A stretch of 64,000 bases of DNA, from the NCBI GenBank assembly GCA_965262605.1, contig CBDHFN010000003.1, positions 1,312,930 to 1,376,929 of the forward strand. The letters run 5' to 3'. A program made the position numbers and the translations under genes. The notes under the pieces are model-generated. The model had not been told where the DNA came from. It saw nothing but the letters and a program-made list of their open reading frames with translations, and did no database searches. Source of the stretch: Alphaproteobacteria bacterium (GTDB taxonomy: Bacteria; Pseudomonadota; Alphaproteobacteria; JASGCL01). Positions 1 to 11,431 of the stretch are shown here, piece after piece; within the stretch, counting starts at the first letter, position 1; each line of letters begins with the position of its first letter.

Positions 1-876
1 GTCTTGGGGTGATTTTATGGCGTTAAGGCGGATATTTTCGTAAGTTTGTTGATAAATATCGTGAATCATTTGGCTTATCATGCGCCTTACGCATAAGGAA
101 ATAATTTTCTTTGGGGGTATTTCGGCGAATTTATGGGGATATTCGGCTTTTATAGCCATAATTTCGCTGTTTAGCCATTCTTGGCTCATAATATTATCCC
201 ATTCAAGCACCGAAGAATTAAAACCATCGTCAATGTCATGCCCATTATAAGCAATATCATCGGCTTCGGCGGCAATTTGCGCTTCAAGGCTTGGGGAAAG
301 TTTCTTGTCAAATCCTAATTTATCAAAAATCACTTCAGCGCAAGGCGCGATAATTTCATCTTCGCCAATTTTACCATGATGTTGCACCAAACCCAATAAT
401 GTTGCTGCGGTTAAATTTAAGCCTTTATGATCAATATATCGGTCTTCAACAACCATTAAATTGCGTAAAGTTTGATGGTTATGGTCAAATCCGCCGTAAT
501 TTTTTAATGCTAATCGCAAGGCAAATTCGCCAACATGCCCAAATGGTGGGTGTCCAATATCATGCGCCAAAGCAATGGCTTCGGTTAAATCTTCATCGCA
601 ACCTAAATTTCGTGCCAAAGAACGGGCAATTTGGGCGACTTCCAGTGAATGGGTTAATCGCGTGCGGAAATGGTCGCTTTTGGGGGCAACGAATACTTGG
701 GTTTTATGTTTTAATCGGCGAAATACATTGGAATGGATAATGCGGTCGCGGTCGCGTTGAAAGCAATTTCGTTCTTGGGTCGTATTATCATCATATACGC
801 GCACGCCCCATGACAACGGCAGTGCCAGAACACCCCTTGATGAGTTGCGCAACGGGAATTGATTAAAATTATCCAT
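1..876 (-). CDS. dgt: dGTP triphosphohydrolase (3' end runs off the window; absent from the ORF track)
   Basis: Manual minus-strand translation from ATG at 876 gives FQRDRDRIIHS..FRRLKHKTQVF..DHFRTRLTHSLEVAQIARS..AHDIGHPPFGH, the HD-domain dGTPase signature. Confidence 0.93.
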   Translation of the reverse strand, partial: MDNFNQFPLRNSSRGVLALPLSWGVRVYDDNTTQERNCFQRDRDRIIHSNVFRRLKHKTQVFVAPKSDHFRTRLTHSLEVAQIARSLARNLGCDEDLTEAIALAHDIGHPPFGHVGEFALRLALKNYGGFDHNHQTLRNLMVVEDRYIDHKGLNLTAATLLGLVQHHGKIGEDEIIAPCAEVIFDKLGFDKKLSPSLEAQIAAEADDIAYNGHDIDDGFNSSVLEWDNIMSQEWLNSEIMAIKAEYPHKFAEIPPKKIISLCVRRMISQMIHDIYQQTYENIRLNAIKSPQD

Positions 877-973
877 GAAATACCTTTGAAATACTGCTTG
901 CAATTTGATTTTAATTAAGTATAATTTGTTTTACAAATATTATCAAGAGCAAATTGGGAATAATTTACGCATA

Positions 974-1984
974 ATGAATATAAATATTAAAGAAAATGCC
1001 CAAAGTTTCTTAACGGAAATAAGTGGTAATATCGCGCAATTAGCCGATAATTTAAGCGATGATTTTGCACAATGCGCCCAAATTATTCACGAATCAAAAG
1101 GGCGATTAATTATTACTGGCGTGGGTAAAAGCGGACTTATCGGACGGAAAATTGTTGCAACATTTGCATCATTGGGAAAGCCTGCGTATTTTATTCACCC
1201 AACCGAAGCCAGCCACGGTGATATGGGGGCATTAACAAAATCTGATGTGCTTTTGGCTTTGTCAAAATCCGGCGAAACTATGGAATTAGCAAATATTCTG
1301 AATTATGCAAAATCGCAGTCTATACCAATTATGGCTATATGCGCCAATGCGCAATCAAAATTAGGCAAAATTGCCGATAAAATATTATTAATAAGCAATA
1401 TACCCGAAGCGGGAAAATTACAAACAGCACCCACGACTTCCACGACACAAACTTTGGTTTTGGGCGATGCGCTGGCTTTGGCGGTCATGAATCTGTCTGG
1501 CTTTAATCAAGAGAATTTTCATCAATTGCACCCCGGTGGCTCATTGGGATTGCAATTGACTTTGATTAAGAAAATTATGGTGATGGGCGACATGATTCCT
1601 TTGGTCAGCGTTAAAAGCAATCTAACCGATGCTTTGCACGCCATGGATGGTAAAAAATTTGGCGCAATGGGCGTAGTTAATGCCGATAATATGCTTTTAG
1701 GCATGATTACCGATGGCGATTTGCGAAGGCATCTTGGCGCGGATTTTTTTAATTTATCGGTTGATAAAGTTATGACGGCAAACCCGCTTGTTTGCACGGA
1801 AAATGCCTTTGCATCTGAAGTTTTGCAAAAAATGAATCAAAAAAATATCAATGTTTTATTTGTGGTCGACGGCGAAGATAACGGCATGAATATCGGCAAA
1901 TTAAACGAATTTTCGCCAGCTGGACGCAAAATTAAAGGCATTGTGCATATTCATGAAATTTTTCGGGCGGGAATTATCGCATGA
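974..1984 (+). CDS. kdsD: KpsF/GutQ-family arabinose-5-phosphate isomerase (SIS + CBS domains)
   Basis: GVGKSGLIGRK, HPTEASHGDMG, APTTSTT and HPGGSLG motifs with C-terminal CBS pair; ATG at 974 preferred over TTG at 905. Confidence 0.93.
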   Translation: MNINIKENAQSFLTEISGNIAQLADNLSDDFAQCAQIIHESKGRLIITGVGKSGLIGRKIVATFASLGKPAYFIHPTEASHGDMGALTKSDVLLALSKSGETMELANILNYAKSQSIPIMAICANAQSKLGKIADKILLISNIPEAGKLQTAPTTSTTQTLVLGDALALAVMNLSGFNQENFHQLHPGGSLGLQLTLIKKIMVMGDMIPLVSVKSNLTDALHAMDGKKFGAMGVVNADNMLLGMITDGDLRRHLGADFFNLSVDKVMTANPLVCTENAFASEVLQKMNQKNINVLFVVDGEDNGMNIGKLNEFSPAGRKIKGIVHIHEIFRAGIIA

Positions 1985-2559
1985 TTCGCCCGCGCAGATT
2001 TCGTTTTTATCAACGGCTATTATTAGTAATGGCGTTTTCTTTGGTTATTTTAATGCTAATTTACCCTTATATTGCCAATGATGTTAACGATAAATTTCAA
2101 TATCTTAGCATTCCCAAAATGAAATTAGGCGGATTTATTATTGAAGGCGCGAATTTAAAAGGCGCAGACAAGCAAAATCAAGAATATTATATCACCGCAA
2201 AAATGCTTTCAACCGATGAAAATAATGATGAAATTACCCATTTAACCGAACCTACGGGTAAAATCACCCTTAAAGATGGTAAAAAATACGAAATTACAGC
2301 GAATATAGGCACAGCAAATAAGAATACAAAAATTTTATACTTGAATGATGATGTAAAATTAGTTAATGTTGCTGATAATATTCAGCTAAACGCACAAGAT
2401 TTGCAAGTTTTTTGGGATAAAAAAGAATTTTTTACGCAAAATAAAATCACTGGGCGCACGGATAAAATTTCATTTAATTCCCAAGGGCTAAAAGTTCTGC
2501 AAGAAGGAAATATTATCAAATTAGTTGGGCATAGCAAAGTCAGTATTATGTCAAAATAA
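1981..2559 (+). CDS. lptC: LPS export protein LptC
   Basis: Single N-terminal TM helix, beta-jellyroll-like sequence (GADKQNQEYYITA), position between kdsD and lptA. Confidence 0.8.
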   Translation: MIRPRRFRFYQRLLLVMAFSLVILMLIYPYIANDVNDKFQYLSIPKMKLGGFIIEGANLKGADKQNQEYYITAKMLSTDENNDEITHLTEPTGKITLKDGKKYEITANIGTANKNTKILYLNDDVKLVNVADNIQLNAQDLQVFWDKKEFFTQNKITGRTDKISFNSQGLKVLQEGNIIKLVGHSKVSIMSK

Positions 2560-2581
2560 TGCAAATTTTTAAGGATATTTT

Positions 2582-3454
2582 ATGAAATTTTTCAATATGA
2601 TGCTTTTTTTTGGGTTAATTCTGTCAAATATTGCCCAAGCGCAAACCACAAAAAACAAAGACGAACCCATCACAATTGAAGCATCTGGCGGCATTGATTG
2701 GGTGCGTGATAAATTTTATTATTTTGCCAAAGATGCCGTGATTATTGAGCAAGGGACATTTAAAATTACTGCCGACCAAGTGCAAATTGATTATGAAATT
2801 ATCAAAGGCAAAGACGCAAAAGAAACCACGGCGTATAAAAAATTAACGGCAGTGGGTAATGTGAAATTTTATGATACGGATATATCGGGGGCGGGCGATA
2901 AGTTATTATGGTTTTTCGCCGATGAACGCGGGGAATTATACGGCAATAAAGCAAAATTCATCAACAAAGAAACGACAATTAATGCAAATAAATCAATATT
3001 TTATGACAAGAAGTTAAATCAAGGTAAAGCTTTGGGGGCGGTAAAGGTGGTTGACCCCAAACAAACGATTGAAGCCGATGATATGGTTGCGGTTTTTTAC
3101 CCCAAAGACGAAGCCCCAAAGTCAGAAATTAAAAATAAAAAAAATACAGATGATAAAAATAGCGAAAAAAAATCATCAATAAAATCGGCAAAGGCAAATG
3201 GCAATGTCAAGGTTATTACCCAAAGCGAAACTATCACGGGCGCGAATTTAACATATGAATCCGAAGAAAAACTTGCCGTTATTTGTGGCAGTGTAGTAAT
3301 TTTGCGCGACAAAAATAAATTTAGTGGCGATTGCGCGAATTTAAATACCGAAACGCAACAAAGCTCTTTAGTTGCGAATAAAGCAACTGGTGGCAGGGTA
3401 AAAGCCGTGATACAATCAAATGAAAAAGATAAAAAAATAACGATTGGGCAATGA
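2582..3454 (+). CDS. lptA: LptA/OstA-family LPS transport periplasmic protein
   Basis: Signal peptide, PITIEA, repeated AxGNVK OstA motifs, C-terminal GGRVKAVI. Confidence 0.8.
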   Translation: MKFFNMMLFFGLILSNIAQAQTTKNKDEPITIEASGGIDWVRDKFYYFAKDAVIIEQGTFKITADQVQIDYEIIKGKDAKETTAYKKLTAVGNVKFYDTDISGAGDKLLWFFADERGELYGNKAKFINKETTINANKSIFYDKKLNQGKALGAVKVVDPKQTIEADDMVAVFYPKDEAPKSEIKNKKNTDDKNSEKKSSIKSAKANGNVKVITQSETITGANLTYESEEKLAVICGSVVILRDKNKFSGDCANLNTETQQSSLVANKATGGRVKAVIQSNEKDKKITIGQ

Positions 3455-3484
3455 ATTAGCCAATAATTCTTAACGCAATAAACT

Positions 3485-4426
3485 TTAAGTATATAATTGT
3501 CTTGGTAAATTAAATTGCACCGATTCGGTGGTTAATGAAACTTTTTCTATGTCAAGTTCGCCTTGGGAAGCCAAAAATTCTAACACACCTTCAACTAAAT
3601 CTTCGGGTGCTGATGCGCCCGCGGTGATGGCAATGGTTTGATTGCTTGATAACCATTCTTGGTTAATATCATTAAAATCATTGATTAAATAACCATTTTT
3701 TGCGCCGAATTTTAAGCCAACTTCCAATAATCTTAATGAATTAGATGAATTTTTAGAACCGACAACCAATAATAAATCACAATCTTTGGAAATGGCTTTC
3801 ACGGCGGCTTGGCGATTGGTGGTGGCGTAGCATATATCTTCTTGCTTTGGGCGGTGAATATTGGGGAAATTTGCGATTAAATAACCGATAATTTCTTGGG
3901 TTTCATCAACCGACAAGGTTGTTTGCGTGACATAGGCAAGCTCTTGGTCTTTGGGGAAATTTAAATTCTGAATATCGGTGATATTTTCAACTAAAAATAT
4001 TTTATCTTTATCAACTTGCCCCATCGTGCCAATGACTTCGGGGTGGTTTTTATGCCCGATAAGCAGGATAATGCGCCCATTTTTAACTTGTTTTTCTGCC
4101 TCGCGGTGAACTTTGCTTACCAAAGGGCAAGTGGCATCAATATAGGTTAAATTACGAAGTTTGGCGTTGTCTGGCACTGATTTTGGCACGCCATGCGCGG
4201 AAAAAATTACGGGTTGATTCGTGGCAGGAATTTCTTCTAATTCTTCCACAAAAATCGCGCCCATTTTTTGCAATCGGCTCACTACATGCTTGTTATGAAC
4301 GATTTCATGGCGGACATAAACGGGCGCGCCAAATTTTTTTAACGATTCTTCCACAATTAAAATCGCCCGTTCTACCCCAGCGCAAAATCCACGGGGGGAC
4401 GCAAGTTTTATGGTGTATTTATTCAT
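3485..4426 (-). CDS. ispH: 4-hydroxy-3-methylbut-2-enyl diphosphate reductase
   Basis: PRGFCAGVERA, DATCPLV, DICYATTNRQ, SSNS and TAGASAPE motifs; ATG at 4426 overlapping the def 3' end is preferred. Confidence 0.96.
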   Translation of the reverse strand: MNKYTIKLASPRGFCAGVERAILIVEESLKKFGAPVYVRHEIVHNKHVVSRLQKMGAIFVEELEEIPATNQPVIFSAHGVPKSVPDNAKLRNLTYIDATCPLVSKVHREAEKQVKNGRIILLIGHKNHPEVIGTMGQVDKDKIFLVENITDIQNLNFPKDQELAYVTQTTLSVDETQEIIGYLIANFPNIHRPKQEDICYATTNRQAAVKAISKDCDLLLVVGSKNSSNSLRLLEVGLKFGAKNGYLINDFNDINQEWLSSNQTIAITAGASAPEDLVEGVLEFLASQGELDIEKVSLTTESVQFNLPRQLYT

Positions 4427-4949
4427 CGTTGGATTTTTTCCTTCGTGGTTCACCTTGAACGCCTTTTTTTATTTTGCGGGCAATGATAGATTTTTTTAAC
4501 GGCGAAATTCGGTCTAAAAAAACTTTGCCATTTAAGTGGTCAATTTCATGTTGAATGCAAATCGCCAGCAAGCCATCGGCTTGCAAAACTTGCTTTTCAT
4601 TATTATAATCAAGATATTCTAAGGTAATTTCTTTGGCACGGATAACATCTTCGTAAAATGTTGGCACGGACAAGCACCCCTCTTGGTAAGTTGTTTTTTC
4701 ATCAGAAAACCAAGTTATTTCAGGATTCGCAATGTATAATGGTTTAAATTCTTCGCGGGCTAAATCAATTACAATTACCCGTTTTAATATGGCGACTTGC
4801 ACCGCGGAAAGCCCAATGCCATCAGCAACATACATGGTTTTAAGCATATCATCAAATAATTGACGAATATTATCATCAACCATGGCAATTGGTTCAGAAA
4901 TTTTCTTTAAAATTGGGTTTGGGAATTCAATGATTTTTAATATGGACAT
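4419..4949 (-). CDS. def: Peptide deformylase
   Basis: GIGLSAVQ, EGCLS and QHEIDHLNG motifs. Confidence 0.96.
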   Translation of the reverse strand: MSILKIIEFPNPILKKISEPIAMVDDNIRQLFDDMLKTMYVADGIGLSAVQVAILKRVIVIDLAREEFKPLYIANPEITWFSDEKTTYQEGCLSVPTFYEDVIRAKEITLEYLDYNNEKQVLQADGLLAICIQHEIDHLNGKVFLDRISPLKKSIIARKIKKGVQGEPRRKKSNDE

Positions 4950-5121
4950 TTGGTTTGTTTTTTCATTTGCTAATAAATACCAGACGATTTCAAAATAATT
5001 TTGATATTGTTTCGTTATTCTTTATATTTATTTTGCACAAAATTCAAGCTTTTAATGATAATTATGGGATATTTTTTAAATTATAATTGATTTTTTTTTA
5101 ATATACTATATAGTATATTTT

Positions 5122-6153
5122 ATGATTAACCGAAGGAATTTTATATTCACCGCTTTAATGATGGCGGGGAGTGCTGGCTTTTTCAAGCAAGCATTCGGGC
5201 AAACACGCCAAACTTTCGTTATTGCCGTGCCTAAGAACAGCCAAAATCCCTTAATACAAAATTTAATTAATCAATTATTTGGTATAAATATTAATTTTTA
5301 TGAATATGTTAATGTCCCGCAATTTATTGATGATGTTAACCAAGGAAAAATACAAATTGATTTAGGAATCGCCCTAAATTCTGAAATAAATAGGTTGGTA
5401 ATTAAAGATAAATTAGCGGTATTGCATGAAAAATATATTAATAATGTGAATAATTTAACCGAAGATTATTATAATCAATTTAAAATTAACCCATATACTA
5501 TACCAGCACTTAAAATTTATTCTGGTTTAGTGTATAACCGCAAAAAATATCCCAAAGTAGATTCTTGGGGGCTAATATTTGATGAAAATAACGAAAAAAA
5601 TCGTGTCGGCTGGATTCGCCATGCCAAAACTATGGCAGAAATTAGCATGATTTATGAAAAATTAGAATTTAAATCTGGCAATTTAAATAACCCCAAAATC
5701 CGCAATAATTTAGTGCGCAATATCAAGAAAAATGTGCAATTGACCGATTTTGCATCCACGCAACGAATAATTCAAGACGAATTGGATATTTGCATTGCAT
5801 CATCGGGAACTGCGCTTGTGCTTGCGAAAACATATCCAATTCTTGGCTTCGCATTTCCAAAGGAGGGGATACTTCTTGATGAAATATCGTGTTTTGTGCC
5901 TAAAAAATCAAAATTTCAGCTTGAAGCAATAAGTTTTATTGATTTTTTATTAAATCCCTTAGTTAACCTTAATCTTTGCCAAAAGATTTTAGCCCCAACA
6001 ACCTTGCAAATTGACGATAAAAATATCAGCGTGAATTATGTTAAAAATCCTTATTTATTCCCCGATGCCAAGCAAATAATTTTTCATTCTTTATTGCCAG
6101 ACGCGCATGAATATGATAAAATCAACCAAAATTACCGCGAAATTTTTTCTTAA
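5122..6153 (+). CDS. Divergent PotD/PotF-like ABC substrate-binding protein
   Basis: Tat-like NRRNFI leader; GLVYN..K, SW..IFD, FPKEG and A..FIDFLL.P motifs. Confidence 0.6.
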   Translation: MINRRNFIFTALMMAGSAGFFKQAFGQTRQTFVIAVPKNSQNPLIQNLINQLFGININFYEYVNVPQFIDDVNQGKIQIDLGIALNSEINRLVIKDKLAVLHEKYINNVNNLTEDYYNQFKINPYTIPALKIYSGLVYNRKKYPKVDSWGLIFDENNEKNRVGWIRHAKTMAEISMIYEKLEFKSGNLNNPKIRNNLVRNIKKNVQLTDFASTQRIIQDELDICIASSGTALVLAKTYPILGFAFPKEGILLDEISCFVPKKSKFQLEAISFIDFLLNPLVNLNLCQKILAPTTLQIDDKNISVNYVKNPYLFPDAKQIIFHSLLPDAHEYDKINQNYREIFS

Positions 6154-6155
6154 TT

Positions 6156-6752
6156 ATGTTCAGCAAATTAAAAAACACCATTGAAAAATATTTTATGACG
6201 GGGCTTCTTGTCTTAACACCTTTATGTATTTCAATTTATTTTGTATGGTGGTTGCTAAATTCCATTGATTCATTATTGCCCAGTATTTTACCTTCGGGAA
6301 CTATCCCAAAGATTCCGGGTTTGGGAATTTTAATTTTATTAGCAATAATTATTGTTATTGGCTGGTTATTTACTTCGTTAATTGGTGAAATTTTTTGGCG
6401 ATTTTATGAAAAATTATTGGCAAAATTGCCAATTTTAAGCACGATTTACAATGCCTTAAAGCAAATTTCGGAAACTTTTTTATCTAAAAAGACTCAAGCA
6501 TTTTCGCACGCGGTAATGGTTGAATATCCGAAAAAAGATACATGGACAATTGGTTTTATTACCGCCAGCCCCAAGGGTGAAATTTTGCAAAAATTGGGCA
6601 CAGAAAATGATACTATTATGGTTTATGTGCCAACGACACCCAACCCAACCAGCGGATTTTTGCTAATATATCCCGTTAATCAAGTTAAAATCCTTGATAT
6701 GCCCGTTGACCACGCAATTAAATTGGTAATTTCCTTGGGTATTGTGGAATAA
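6156..6752 (+). CDS. DUF502 membrane protein
   Basis: FMTGLLVLTP, two TM helices, VEYPKK, VYVPTTPNPTSGFL. Confidence 0.9.
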   Translation: MFSKLKNTIEKYFMTGLLVLTPLCISIYFVWWLLNSIDSLLPSILPSGTIPKIPGLGILILLAIIIVIGWLFTSLIGEIFWRFYEKLLAKLPILSTIYNALKQISETFLSKKTQAFSHAVMVEYPKKDTWTIGFITASPKGEILQKLGTENDTIMVYVPTTPNPTSGFLLIYPVNQVKILDMPVDHAIKLVISLGIVE

Positions 6753-6782
6753 TCCTTAAACTATATTGTTATATTGTTATAT

Positions 6783-6798
6783 TATGATTTAAATCATA
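6783..6798. promoter_or_regulatory. FNR/ANR-like palindrome upstream of arcD
   Basis: Perfect palindrome TATGATTTAAATCATA 58 bp before the arcD ATG; resembles TTGAT-N4-ATCAA. Confidence 0.55.
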
Positions 6799-6855
6799 GT
6801 ATTACCTTATTTATTAGCGCATTATAAATAATGAATTAATATTTAGGAGAATGTT

Positions 6856-8238
6856 ATGAATAATAAATTATCTTTAAGCGCATTGGGCGCGTTAGTCATT
6901 GGATCAATGATAGGCAGTGGCATTTTTGCATTGCCCCAAAATATCGCCGATAAAGCAGGCGTAGCAGCAAGCTGGCTGGCGTGGGGCATTACTGGCGTGG
7001 GTATGCTGGCTTTGGCATTAGTATTTAACAATTTATCGCGTGTCAAACCCGAATTAAACGGCGGTGTTTATGCTTATGCCAAAGCAGGATTTGGCGATTA
7101 TATGGGTTTTTCTTCGGCTTGGGGTTATTGGGTAAGCGCGGTTGTCGGCAATGCTAGCTATTTAATCTTATTATTTAGCGCGTTAAGTTATTTCTTTCCA
7201 ATATTCGGCGAAGGCAATAATATGGCGTCGCTAATTGGTGCATCAATTTTATTATGGTTAGTGCATTTATTGGTTGTTCAAGGCATTAAGCAAGCCGCTT
7301 TTGTTAATATTATTGTAACTTGGGCAAAAATTGTGCCTTTAGTAATATTTGTGATGATTGGCGTGTTGTTTTTCAAGCTTGATTTATTTCAAGCCAATTA
7401 TTGGCAAGGCGACTTAGGCAGCACATTTGACCAAGCTAAAAATATGATGCTTGTAACTGTTTGGGTTTTCATCGGTATTGAAGGCGCAAATTTACTATCA
7501 GGGCGGGCGGAAAATCGCAATGATATTGGCAAAGCAACAATTATGGGTTTTTTGGCGGTTTTGGCTTTATTGATATTTGTTAATATGGTTTCCATGGGTT
7601 TAATGAACCGCGCGGAATTAGCTGGCTTAAAAAATCCCTCAACAGCATATCTTCTTGAACAAATAATTGGTAAATGGGGCGCGATTTTAATGGCGCTTGG
7701 TTTAATTATTTCTTTATCTGGTGCATTATTAGCGTGGGTGTTATTTTCCGCTGAAATATTATTTGTTGCGTCAAGCGATGGCACAATGCCCAAATGCCTT
7801 AGAAAAGTAAATGATAATCAAGTGCCTGTTAATAGCTTGTTATTTTCAAATGCCGTTGTGCAGATTTTTTTGATTATTTCATTAATTTCTTCCAGCTCGT
7901 ATAACGCCATGTTTTATTTGGCAACTTCCATGATTTTAGTGCCGTATTTTTTCTGTGCGGCATTTGGTGCAATGGTGGCAAGCAAACAAAGCATCAGTTG
8001 TATGGTATTTTCTTGGGTTGCATTAATTTACAGCATTTGGTTGATTTATGCGGCTGGAATTAAATATTTGTTATTATCGGCGATTTTATACGCGTTTGGT
8101 TTGATATTATTTATCATAGCAAAACGCGAACAAGGAAAAATTTTGTTTGATTTCAAAGAATTATTAATGGCATTAATCATACTTGTTGCGGCGTTTTATG
8201 GCATCATCGGTTTGATTAATGGCACTTTAACAATTTAA
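6856..8238 (+). CDS. arcD: Arginine/ornithine antiporter
   Basis: GSMIGSGIFALPQN, GGVYAYAKAGFG and WVFIGIEGA motifs; about 12 TM helices; first gene of the arc operon. Confidence 0.93.
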   Translation: MNNKLSLSALGALVIGSMIGSGIFALPQNIADKAGVAASWLAWGITGVGMLALALVFNNLSRVKPELNGGVYAYAKAGFGDYMGFSSAWGYWVSAVVGNASYLILLFSALSYFFPIFGEGNNMASLIGASILLWLVHLLVVQGIKQAAFVNIIVTWAKIVPLVIFVMIGVLFFKLDLFQANYWQGDLGSTFDQAKNMMLVTVWVFIGIEGANLLSGRAENRNDIGKATIMGFLAVLALLIFVNMVSMGLMNRAELAGLKNPSTAYLLEQIIGKWGAILMALGLIISLSGALLAWVLFSAEILFVASSDGTMPKCLRKVNDNQVPVNSLLFSNAVVQIFLIISLISSSSYNAMFYLATSMILVPYFFCAAFGAMVASKQSISCMVFSWVALIYSIWLIYAAGIKYLLLSAILYAFGLILFIIAKREQGKILFDFKELLMALIILVAAFYGIIGLINGTLTI

Positions 8239-8255
8239 CAATTTAGGAAAATATT

Positions 8256-9503
8256 ATGAGTAAATTAGGCGTATATTCTGAAATCGGGCAATTAAACAAA
8301 GTATTAGTTTGCGCCCCAAATCTTGCACAAAATCGGCTTACCCCGCATAATTGCCAAGAATTATTATTTGATGATGTTATTTGGGTAAGTCAAGCCCAAA
8401 AGGATCATTTTGATTTTTGCAATAAAATGCGCGAAAGAGGCGTTGAAGTTGTTGAATTTGGGCAATATTTAATTGAAATTCTGGATAATCCCCAAGCATT
8501 AAATTGGATATTAGACCATAAAATTAATGAAAATATGGTTGGTATTGAATTTTGTGCGGAATTAAAATCGTGGTTAAGTTCATTGCCCGTTGCGAAATTA
8601 GCAAGTTATTTAATGGGCGGAATCGCATTTGACGAAGTGCCTTGGCGAAATTCTTCGGCATTAGCAAAATATTTGGGTCCGCATGATTTTATCATTCCGC
8701 CTTTACCAAATTTATTATTTACCCGTGATACAAGTTGCTGGATATTTAATGGCGTAAGCTTGAATGCAATGTATTGGCAAGCAAGACGCATGGAAACCAT
8801 GTTAGTCGCCGCGATTTACAAATTTCATAGCGATTTTGCGAATCAAGATTTTACTTATTGGTTTGATGGGGCGCAATTAAATAAATCATATGCAACAATT
8901 GAAGGCGGCGATGTCATGCCCATTGGCAATGGTATAGTGGTAATTGGTATGGGCGAGAGAACAACGCACCAAGCCGTCAGTCAATTAGCGCGCAATTTAT
9001 TTGCCAAAAAAGCAGCCAAGCAAATAATTATTGCGGCATTGCCTAAAACTCGTTCGGCAATGCACCTTGATACAATTTTTAGTTTTTGCGATTACGATTG
9101 CGTGACAATTTATCCAGAAATGGTTGAAAAAATTCAAGCATTTTCCATTCGCCCCAATGATAATTTTTCCCCCGAAAATACCGATAATATTTTAGAAATT
9201 TCAAAAGAAAATGGCTATTTTCCAGATATTATCGCCAAAGGGCTTGGATTAAAGAAAATGCGTGTTATTGCAACGGGTGGTAATAATTATGAATCTGAAC
9301 GCGAACAATGGGACGATGGCAATAATTTATTGGCTTTATCACCGGGTTTAGTTATCGGTTATGACCGCAACACCCATACAAATAGCATTTTGCGCAAAGC
9401 AGGCATTGAAGTTATAACCATCAGCGCATCAGAATTAGGGCGGGGCAGGGGCGGCAGTCATTGTATGAGTTGCCCGATTAGCCGCGATGCTTTTCCATAT
9501 TAA
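8256..9503 (+). CDS. arcA: Arginine deiminase
   Basis: [36 protein letters not shown] and [11 protein letters not shown] motifs. Confidence 0.97.
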   Translation: MSKLGVYSEIGQLNKVLVCAPNLAQNRLTPHNCQELLFDDVIWVSQAQKDHFDFCNKMRERGVEVVEFGQYLIEILDNPQALNWILDHKINENMVGIEFCAELKSWLSSLPVAKLASYLMGGIAFDEVPWRNSSALAKYLGPHDFIIPPLPNLLFTRDTSCWIFNGVSLNAMYWQARRMETMLVAAIYKFHSDFANQDFTYWFDGAQLNKSYATIEGGDVMPIGNGIVVIGMGERTTHQAVSQLARNLFAKKAAKQIIIAALPKTRSAMHLDTIFSFCDYDCVTIYPEMVEKIQAFSIRPNDNFSPENTDNILEISKENGYFPDIIAKGLGLKKMRVIATGGNNYESEREQWDDGNNLLALSPGLVIGYDRNTHTNSILRKAGIEVITISASELGRGRGGSHCMSCPISRDAFPY

Positions 9504-9524
9504 TTAAACAACAAGGATATAAAA

Positions 9525-10535
9525 ATGGCATTTAACTTACATAATCATCATATTTTAAGCTTAGTTCACCACGATGAAAAGCAATTAAATTTTCTGCTTG
9601 ATTTAGCGCGTGATTTAAAACGGGCAAAATATTCTGGCACGGAAACTCGGCATTTGCAAGGCAAGAATATCGCGTTAATTTTTGAAAAAAGCTCAACTAG
9701 AACAAGATGCGCTTTTGAAGTTGCCTCGTTTGACCAAGGCGCGAATGTAACTTATATTGAACCAAGTTCTTCGCATATTGGACAAAAAGAAACCATGAAA
9801 GATACGGCGCGAGTTTTGGGGCGGTTTTATGATGCGATTGAATATCGGGGATTCGGACAAGAAAATGTAGAGGAATTGGCAAAATATGCGGGCGTGCCTA
9901 TATTTAATGGCTTGACGGACGAATATCACCCCACCCAAATGCTTGCCGATGTAATGACGATGCGCGAACATAGCGAAAAAAATCCCAAAAATATATCATT
10001 TTGTTATTTAGGCGATGCAAGGTCAAATATGGGTAATTCCTTATTATTGATTGGCGCAAAATTGGGAATGGATGTCCGCATTGCCGCCCCCAAAGAATTA
10101 TGGGCAAGCCAAGAGCATCAAGATTTATGCCAAAAATTTGCTAAACAAAGTGGCGCACGAATATTATTGACGGAAAATCCCCAAGAAGCCGTTAAAAATG
10201 TTGATTTTATTCATACGGATGTTTGGGTGTCAATGGGCGAATCTTACGATAAATGGGCATCACGAATTAAGCTATTATTACCTTTTCAAGTAAACCAGCC
10301 ATTAATGCTTGCCAGCCAGAACCCAGCCGTGAAATTTATGCACTGCTTGCCAGCGTTTCATAATAATCATACAAAAATTGGACAAGAAATATCGCAAAAA
10401 TACCCCGAATTAACAAATGGCATTGAAGTTACCGAAGAAGTATTTGAATCGCCAAATTCCATTGTTTTTGACCAAGCTGAAAACCGAATGCACAGCATTA
10501 AGGCAATTTTAGTGGCAACTTTGGGGAATTTATAA
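9525..10535 (+). CDS. arcB: Catabolic ornithine carbamoyltransferase
   Basis: [17 protein letters not shown] and FMHCLPAFH motifs within the arc operon. Confidence 0.95.
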   Translation: MAFNLHNHHILSLVHHDEKQLNFLLDLARDLKRAKYSGTETRHLQGKNIALIFEKSSTRTRCAFEVASFDQGANVTYIEPSSSHIGQKETMKDTARVLGRFYDAIEYRGFGQENVEELAKYAGVPIFNGLTDEYHPTQMLADVMTMREHSEKNPKNISFCYLGDARSNMGNSLLLIGAKLGMDVRIAAPKELWASQEHQDLCQKFAKQSGARILLTENPQEAVKNVDFIHTDVWVSMGESYDKWASRIKLLLPFQVNQPLMLASQNPAVKFMHCLPAFHNNHTKIGQEISQKYPELTNGIEVTEEVFESPNSIVFDQAENRMHSIKAILVATLGNL

Positions 10536-11431
10536 TGAAAATCCTCATCGCGCTGGGCGGTAATGCTTTGTTGCAACGGGGGCAAGAATTAAACGCCAAA
10601 AACCAATTAATCAACATTAAAATTGCCGCTGAATCAATCGCAAAAATTGCCATGCAGCATCAAATAATTCTTACCCATGGTAATGGTCCGCAAGTCGGTA
10701 TGCTTGCGCTTGATAAATCACAATCTTCGTTTAGCTTTGATGTTTTAGATGCAGAAACCGAAGGCATGATTGGGTATTTATTGGAACGCGAATTGCGCAA
10801 TATTTTAGGGATTTATTATCCGATTGCTACGATTTTAACCCAAGTCATCGTTGATAAAAATGATATTGCCTTTCAAAATCCAACTAAATTTATTGGCGGT
10901 ATTTATGATAAAGACGAGGCGCAAAAATGCACGATTGAAAATAATTGGGTGATGAAACAAGATGGGCAAGCATACCGCCGTGTGATAGCCAGCCCAAAAC
11001 CTCAAGAAATCTTACAATTACCCATCATAAAATCCTTAATCGCCCAAGAAAATTTTGTGATATGCGGCGGGGGTGGCGGAATCCCCATTATCATTGAAGA
11101 AAATAATCAAATAAAAGGCATTGAAGCCGTAATTGATAAAGATTTATGTTCGTCTTTATTGGCAAGTAAATTATCGGTTGATGCTTTTGTGATTGCCACT
11201 GATGTTGCGGGTATAATGGAAAATTTCGGCACGGATAATGCGCGTATAATTTCTCAAATTAATTATCAAGATTTACAATTAATGACTTTGCCTGCTGGCT
11301 CAATGGCACCCAAAGCCCAAGCTGCCATTAATTTTGTGCAATCTACGCGCAAGCCTGCCTTTATCGGTAATCTTAGCGAATTATCAGCAATATTAAAAAA
11401 CAAAGCTGGCACCCGCGTTGAATATGAATAA
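10535..11431 (+). CDS. arcC: Carbamate kinase
   Basis: ALGGNALL, HGNGPQVG, GGGGIP, EAVIDKD and GSMAPK motifs; TAATG coupling to arcB. Confidence 0.95.
   Translation: MKILIALGGNALLQRGQELNAKNQLINIKIAAESIAKIAMQHQIILTHGNGPQVGMLALDKSQSSFSFDVLDAETEGMIGYLLERELRNILGIYYPIATILTQVIVDKNDIAFQNPTKFIGGIYDKDEAQKCTIENNWVMKQDGQAYRRVIASPKPQEILQLPIIKSLIAQENFVICGGGGGIPIIIEENNQIKGIEAVIDKDLCSSLLASKLSVDAFVIATDVAGIMENFGTDNARIISQINYQDLQLMTLPAGSMAPKAQAAINFVQSTRKPAFIGNLSELSAILKNKAGTRVEYE

Noticed and set aside
399-760. Plus-strand ORFs 399-740 and 575-760
   Set aside because: They are antisense shadows of the minus-strand dgt gene.
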